63,890 nucleotides of DNA from an uncultured virus (IMG/VR IMGVR_UViG_3300032291_002419) (Duplodnaviria; Heunggongvirae; Uroviricota; Caudoviricetes), in the IMG/VR virus record IMGVR_UViG_3300032291_002419. One strand, written 5' to 3'. This document shows positions 59,224 to 63,890 of the stretch, piece by piece (within the stretch, counting starts at the first letter, position 1; every line of letters starts with the position of its first letter). The translations under genes and the position numbers were made by a program. The notes below the pieces were generated by a model, which saw only the letters and a program-made list of their open reading frames with translations, made no database searches and was not told the origin of the DNA.

Positions 59224-59862
59224 ATGGGCACATTTTTATTAATAGCAGTTATATTAACTGCGATATCCGGTGGAATTATTTATTTTCTAATGAAAAAAGG
59301 AAAAATTACGGATGTAAATCAAAATAATATTCCAGATGTAATTGAAGACACAATTGAAAAGATAGAGAAATTTGCTGAAAAGGTAGAAAACGTAGCTGAA
59401 ACGGTGGGTGAAGTGGTAGAGAACATTACTGATAAAGTAGAAAAAACTACTAAAAGAGTAACTGATAAAGTAGAGAACATTGCCGATAAAGTAGAAAAAA
59501 CTACTAAAATAGTAACTGAGAAAGTGGAGAACATTACTGATAAAGTAGAAAAAACTGCTGAAAAGGTTGTTGAAAAAGTAGAGAACATTACTGATAAAGT
59601 AGAAAAAGTTACTGAAACCGTATCGGATGCCAGTAAATCATCAATTGATAAGGCAAAGGCAGCCATCCAAACCGTAGAAAAAACCACTGAAAAGATTGTT
59701 GAAAAAGTGGTAGATATTGCACAAAAAGTAGAAGCTACCGCTGATAAATCAGTTGATTTAGTGGAAGAATTATTTGAAAAAACGGAAGAAACTGCTAAAA
59801 ATATAGCTGGTAACGTTACAAAACGAGTTAGAAGTAGAAAACCACGCAACAAGAATAAATAA
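59224..59862 (+). CDS. Membrane-anchored amphipathic repeat protein
   Basis: N-terminal TM helix, DVNQNNIPD, 18-aa repeats VENITDKVEKTTK.VT(D/E)K. Confidence 0.7.
   Translation: MGTFLLIAVILTAISGGIIYFLMKKGKITDVNQNNIPDVIEDTIEKIEKFAEKVENVAETVGEVVENITDKVEKTTKRVTDKVENIADKVEKTTKIVTEKVENITDKVEKTAEKVVEKVENITDKVEKVTETVSDASKSSIDKAKAAIQTVEKTTEKIVEKVVDIAQKVEATADKSVDLVEELFEKTEETAKNIAGNVTKRVRSRKPRNKNK
59416..59610 (+). repeat. 54-bp coding tandem repeat (~3.6 copies)
   Basis: GT(A/G)GAGAACATT units begin at 59416, 59470, 59524, 59578. Confidence 0.85.
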
Positions 59863-59898
59863 AATAACAAACCAATCAGAGAATAACTAAATTTTTAT

Positions 59899-60027
59899 AT
59901 GGCAAAGCCAAAATCCACAAGTAATTCGCAAAAAGTTTCATTTGGAAAAAAAAGAACAGGTAAATATAAAAAATCTTTTGGACCAAAAGAAGAGAAACCA
60001 AAAAAATACAGAAAACAAGGCAGGTAA
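59899..60027 (+). CDS. 42-aa very basic protein (not in ORF track)
   Basis: MAKPKSTSNSQKVSFGKKRTGKYKKSFGPKEEKPKKYRKQGR; stop is 1 nt before the next ATG. Confidence 0.65.
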   Translation: MAKPKSTSNSQKVSFGKKRTGKYKKSFGPKEEKPKKYRKQGR

Positions 60028-60028
60028 T

Positions 60029-61522
60029 ATGATAAAATTAAAATCTTTATTAACAGAAGAATCTGTTATTAAAAATAAAAAAACGGGCAATGTATATGTG
60101 GTTAAAAATTTTGACCCATCTAAACATGATAAACCAACTCCTGCTGAAATTGAAAAAGCTAAACAAGCTAACAACGGACAAGTTCCAAAAGGAGAACCTC
60201 AACCCAAACAAACTCCACAAAATACTGCACCTACTAAATCAGGTCAAAAATTAGGTGGTAGCGATTTTACATCATCTGCTGAAAAGAAATCAGATGGTAT
60301 GGCAACTGTAAACGCAATTGCAGCCGGAACTGGTTTACGGCCACAAGCGGTAGCGGGTTGGGCAGATGAAAATGGTATTAATTTATCAAAAGTGGCAGCT
60401 GATTTGAAATCCAAAAAGTTAAAGCCAATGGATTTAATGACCGCTGTTAGTGGTAATCCAGGAAACAAATACGCAAAGCAAATCATAGATAAGTATTCTC
60501 AAAATCAAAGTGCAAACATTACTCAATCAAAATTAAGTCCTAAAAAAATAAAAGATGATTTAGCTGACTTAGAGGGCACAAAGGCAATGGATGTTGCGAA
60601 TGCAATCAAACGGGGCGATGCAGACCCACAAAAATCATTAGGATTGGGTGATAGCCAATATGATAATTTATTAAAAAGATTAGCAAGAATTGGTGGCGAA
60701 AGTGAGCATGAGGCTAAGTTTAGAACTAATAATTTTTCAACTGCCGAATTGGAAAACTGGGCAAAGGAAAGATTAGATGTAGTTTCAAAGTATTCTCAAA
60801 ATCAAACTAGACAAAGTAATGCAATGCCCAAATTGAAAGAGTTGATGCCGGGAATCGATACATCATCAAAACCACTTTCACAGGTTTCTTCAGTCGAAAG
60901 ACAACAAATATCCACTATAATCGATAAGTTGGCTGAATTGGGTAATAGAGCAAAGCAAAGTGGAGAGAAAGCACCAAATTACAATCTATGCCAAGTATCC
61001 ATTCCAGGTACTAACTTATATTGCGATGGTAATAAAGGAATTGAAAGAGCGGATATGCCACAATTTAAAGGAACACCGCAACCCGGTTCACCAGCCGATA
61101 AACTACCAAAAGATAATAATGGGGAAGCCGATACCGAAGAATTTTTCAAAGAAATGTTAAATAAGAAAGGTATTAAAGTTTCAAATCCAGTAGCAGTTCC
61201 ACCGGACCGGTTAAAAGCAACACAAAGTGAGCTTGTAGGGGTTAAAGTTGCGGGAATGAGTAAAGTATTAGATGATAAAAATCACCCTGCCTACGGAAAG
61301 ATTACGGCTCCAATATATGTATCAAATGATGGGTATGTATTAGATGGACACCATAGATGGGCAGCGGTTGTTGCACATAATGCTGCGAATCCAAAGAATC
61401 AAATTCCAATGAATGTTAGGGTTATCGATGAACCAATCATACCGTTAGTAAAACGTTCAAACTCATTTGCTGAAAAAATGGGAATTAGAGCAAAAGCAGC
61501 CGATACGGGTGCTAAAGGATAA
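60029..61522 (+). CDS. Modular probable internal head protein with C-terminal ParB/Srx-like domain
   Basis: Starts MIKLKSLLTEE; LKATQSE, IYVSNDGYVLDGHHRWAA. Confidence 0.7.
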   Translation: MIKLKSLLTEESVIKNKKTGNVYVVKNFDPSKHDKPTPAEIEKAKQANNGQVPKGEPQPKQTPQNTAPTKSGQKLGGSDFTSSAEKKSDGMATVNAIAAGTGLRPQAVAGWADENGINLSKVAADLKSKKLKPMDLMTAVSGNPGNKYAKQIIDKYSQNQSANITQSKLSPKKIKDDLADLEGTKAMDVANAIKRGDADPQKSLGLGDSQYDNLLKRLARIGGESEHEAKFRTNNFSTAELENWAKERLDVVSKYSQNQTRQSNAMPKLKELMPGIDTSSKPLSQVSSVERQQISTIIDKLAELGNRAKQSGEKAPNYNLCQVSIPGTNLYCDGNKGIERADMPQFKGTPQPGSPADKLPKDNNGEADTEEFFKEMLNKKGIKVSNPVAVPPDRLKATQSELVGVKVAGMSKVLDDKNHPAYGKITAPIYVSNDGYVLDGHHRWAAVVAHNAANPKNQIPMNVRVIDEPIIPLVKRSNSFAEKMGIRAKAADTGAKG

Positions 61523-61527
61523 TAGAT

Positions 61528-62298
61528 ATGCATGCAGTTAGAGGATATCAAAAGCCAGAAGCAACATTTCACACCATACGTGAATGGGAATCAATTGCGT
61601 ATGAGTTTTTGAAACTACAAAAGCAAGGGTATGATGTTAGAGGCGGTATGGTTGATGATAACGCCGAATTGGTTGGGTTAATAAATAAATACTTCGGATA
61701 TCAATTATATGTTGAAACCGAATTATATTCAGACCTTACAAAAAAGAATGTATTAGATTTCATAGAAGATTTCATAAATCATAGAGTTTGGGGATTATCG
61801 GATGAATTTTCTAAATACATTGTTAATATAGAAAACGATAAGATATCATTTTTTCAAAGTAGAGGAGCAATAGAACCTTATATCTTATTGGATAAACGAT
61901 TCACCAAAGATACATATGGTGATACTAATATGGAGGTTGTAACGATGCATTGGACTTCGCCGGAAGGTATGAAGAACTTAGTAGATAGTTTACAATCAGG
62001 TTACAAATACGCAATATCAACTTTCACCACACAGCAGAAAGAATTTTTCAGACCAGAAAGTAATGTGTTGGTTAAACTGAAAGGTAAGTTGGTAGCAGCA
62101 TTTCAATCGGATGTGAAATCATTTGCAACCGATACTGGAAACAGAGCAGCTAATTTATTTAGATTCTCTTATCCAGATAATGAGAATAATCTTTGTAGAA
62201 ATTGGAAAGAATGTAAAGAAAATAAAACATCTTTATGGAATGAAATTATAGTTACGCCAATATCTATACTTGATTATAAAATAGTAACCAAATATTAA
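61528..62298 (+). CDS. Hypothetical protein, possible ADP-ribosyltransferase-like fold
   Basis: MHWTS...ISTFT...WNEIIV spacing resembles an H-S-E ART core (weak). Confidence 0.35.
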   Translation: MHAVRGYQKPEATFHTIREWESIAYEFLKLQKQGYDVRGGMVDDNAELVGLINKYFGYQLYVETELYSDLTKKNVLDFIEDFINHRVWGLSDEFSKYIVNIENDKISFFQSRGAIEPYILLDKRFTKDTYGDTNMEVVTMHWTSPEGMKNLVDSLQSGYKYAISTFTTQQKEFFRPESNVLVKLKGKLVAAFQSDVKSFATDTGNRAANLFRFSYPDNENNLCRNWKECKENKTSLWNEIIVTPISILDYKIVTKY

Positions 62299-62310
62299 AT
62301 TCATAAAACT

Positions 62311-63147
62311 ATGCTACTTAAAAAAGGAGATAATAATGAAAATGTAAAATTAATGCAGCAAAAGTTGGGTATAGACCCGGCTGTAACTAATTTTGGACCA
62401 AAAACCGAAGCGGCTGTAAAAGCATGGCAATCGGCAAATGGATTACCGGCTGATGGCATCGTTGGACCAAAGACTTGGGAAAAATTGATGGGAAAATCCA
62501 CACCAAAACCAGCCGAAACCGCTACACCAATAAAACCGGTTGGTGGATTAAAATTGGATAAATTGAAAGGACATATTCCAGATTCAGTAATAGCAATGAT
62601 TCCAGATACGGCTGCTAAATTTGAAATAAATACACCAGTGAGGTTAGCACATTTTCTATCACAATGTGGACATGAAAGTGCTGGATTCAGAGTAACTCAA
62701 GAAAACTTAAATTATACTGCAAAAGGACTAATGGGTATATTCAAAAAATACTTTCCAACGGAAGCATTAGCAAACCAATACCAAAGAAACCCACAAAAGA
62801 TTGCTAATAAAGTGTATGCTAACAGAATGGCAAATGGGAGTGAAGCTAGTGGGGATGGCTACAAATTCAGAGGAAGAGGGTATATTCAGTTGACAGGAAA
62901 GGATAATTATACGCAATTTTCTAAATCAATTGGTGAAGATATGGTAGCCAATCCAGATAAGGTAGCATCAACTTACGCATTATTATCAGCAGCTTGGTTT
63001 TTTTCTAAAAATGGTTTGCATAAATTGGCAGATGAAGGAGCTAGTGATGCAGTTGTAACAAAAATAACAAAACGAGTAAATGGCGGGACCATAGGATTAG
63101 CCGACAGGATAAAACATTTTAAAGAATACTATTCGTTATTGGTATAA
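62311..63147 (+). CDS. Endolysin: peptidoglycan-binding domain + GH19 catalytic domain
   Basis: FGPKTEAAVKAWQ..NGL.ADGIVGPKTW; LAHFLSQCGHES, FRGRGYIQLTGKDNY, TKRVNGG..GLADR. Confidence 0.92.
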   Translation: MLLKKGDNNENVKLMQQKLGIDPAVTNFGPKTEAAVKAWQSANGLPADGIVGPKTWEKLMGKSTPKPAETATPIKPVGGLKLDKLKGHIPDSVIAMIPDTAAKFEINTPVRLAHFLSQCGHESAGFRVTQENLNYTAKGLMGIFKKYFPTEALANQYQRNPQKIANKVYANRMANGSEASGDGYKFRGRGYIQLTGKDNYTQFSKSIGEDMVANPDKVASTYALLSAAWFFSKNGLHKLADEGASDAVVTKITKRVNGGTIGLADRIKHFKEYYSLLV

Positions 63148-63162
63148 TCTAATTAGAAATTT

Positions 63163-63192
63163 AAAAAAAAAAGCCTATTATGGCTTTTTTTT
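63163..63192 (+). terminator. Bidirectional-type intrinsic terminator after endolysin
   Basis: AAAAAAAAGCC-TATTAT-GGCTTTTTTTT. Confidence 0.7.
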
Positions 63193-63203
63193 ATGTCAAA
63201 GAA

Positions 63204-63235
63204 TTTGGAAAATACAATAATTTATTGTATATTTG
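63204..63235 (+). promoter_or_regulatory. Bacteroidota-type promoter
   Basis: TTTG-N20-TATATTTG. Confidence 0.75.
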
Positions 63236-63267
63236 TAAAATATAAACAAAATAAAATTAATAAAATT

Positions 63268-63450
63268 ATGAATGATAAATTAAAAATGCTCATCACTATT
63301 ACAGCTGTAACGTGTATAATCGGATTAGCATTATCCTATGTTACACAACTTGCACATACTCCCAAACAATTGAACTTTTTGGAAGCAATCGGAGTGTATT
63401 GTCTATTAACTCCTATTTATAATTACTTTTTTACAGAGCAGCAAGATTGA
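63268..63450 (+). CDS. Small two-TM membrane protein
   Basis: Two hydrophobic segments; ATG at 63268 downstream of the promoter. Confidence 0.55.
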   Translation: MNDKLKMLITITAVTCIIGLALSYVTQLAHTPKQLNFLEAIGVYCLLTPIYNYFFTEQQD

Positions 63451-63482
63451 TATAACTACTAAAATTTAAGAATAAAGATTCA

Positions 63483-63674
63483 ATGGAAAACGAAAATTAT
63501 AAACTATTAATGAGAATTCTAATTATCTTTGTAATACTATTAAGTATAATATCAGCTCATAGTAGACTAATTCAATATTCAGTAAACGTATTCATGGTTA
63601 CAAATTACCTATTGGTAGTATCAATTATAACGACATTGTTGGTATATACATCAAATAAAAAGTTTAAAAAATAA
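63483..63674 (+). CDS. Small two-TM membrane protein
   Basis: Two hydrophobic segments, basic C-terminus. Confidence 0.55.
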   Translation: MENENYKLLMRILIIFVILLSIISAHSRLIQYSVNVFMVTNYLLVVSIITTLLVYTSNKKFKK

Positions 63675-63780
63675 ATTAAAATGTGGATAACTTTTTAATA
63701 AAAGACTTGACTCGTATCGCATTATTTACTACCTTTATATTATAGTGAGAGAGATATTAAAATTTAAAACCTAAAAAAAT

Positions 63781-63890
63781 ATGAAAGAATTTTGTGAAAA
63801 ATATGGAATTACGAAAGAGCAATTCCTTGGAATCGACCCAATCGAAAGGAGTTTATACCTCGATTCCGTAACCGAACTACCCGCAGGATT
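63781..63890 (+). CDS. Partial ORF, probably a leucine-rich-repeat-like protein
   Basis: MKEFCEKYGITKEQFLGIDPIERSLYLDSVTELPAG..., runs off the window. Confidence 0.45.
   Translation, partial: MKEFCEKYGITKEQFLGIDPIERSLYLDSVTELPAG

Noticed and set aside
59416..59610. CRISPR array
   Set aside because: The repeats are contiguous, in-frame 54-bp coding units with no unique spacers. No cas genes or arrays were seen in the window.
59319..59870. 183-aa antisense ORF and the many other minus-strand ORFs in the track
   Set aside because: They are shadows of + strand genes with no recognisable motifs; all credible genes, promoters and terminators are on +.
1..63890. Alternative genetic code, tRNA genes, integrase/prophage boundaries
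   Set aside because: Genes are full length under the standard code, with TAA, TAG and TGA all used as stops. No cloverleaf, integrase or host-chromosome segment was recognised.

Overview
AT-rich, single-strand-coded (all genes on +) 64-kb segment of a large T4-related myophage. The host is very probably Bacteroidota: there are ~11 TTTG-N20-TAnnTTTG promoters, A-rich leaders without Shine-Dalgarno sites, a Q-rule signal peptide and a DUF4494-like gene. Gene order: neck/tail/baseplate module (1-14.3 kb); a small PolA-family gene; probable head-packaged effector proteins (ADP-ribosyltransferase, PD-(D/E)XK nuclease); a replication/nucleotide module (SSB, RecA, 5'-3' exonuclease, GroES, helicase, nrdB/nrdA, PhoH, thioredoxin); a Mom + DUF4338 + glycosyltransferase cluster beside a split family-B DNA polymerase; clamp and clamp loader; a ~12-kb glycan-biosynthesis island; a full TonB-dependent receptor; and a GH19 endolysin. 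Most notable observations: (1) polB is fractured by a free-standing Vsr-like endonuclease, and its halves carry only non-catalytic split-intein-like end pieces, suggesting a non-splicing heterodimerisation tag. (2) Two other homing endonucleases sit between an abandoned 5' stub of their neighbour gene and a recoded replacement 5' end. (3) There is a likely +1 (or -2) programmed frameshift in the chaperone upstream of the tape measure gene. (4) A candidate DNA hypermodification triad is preceded by an attenuator-like leader. All calls come from motif recognition by eye; no database searches were run.
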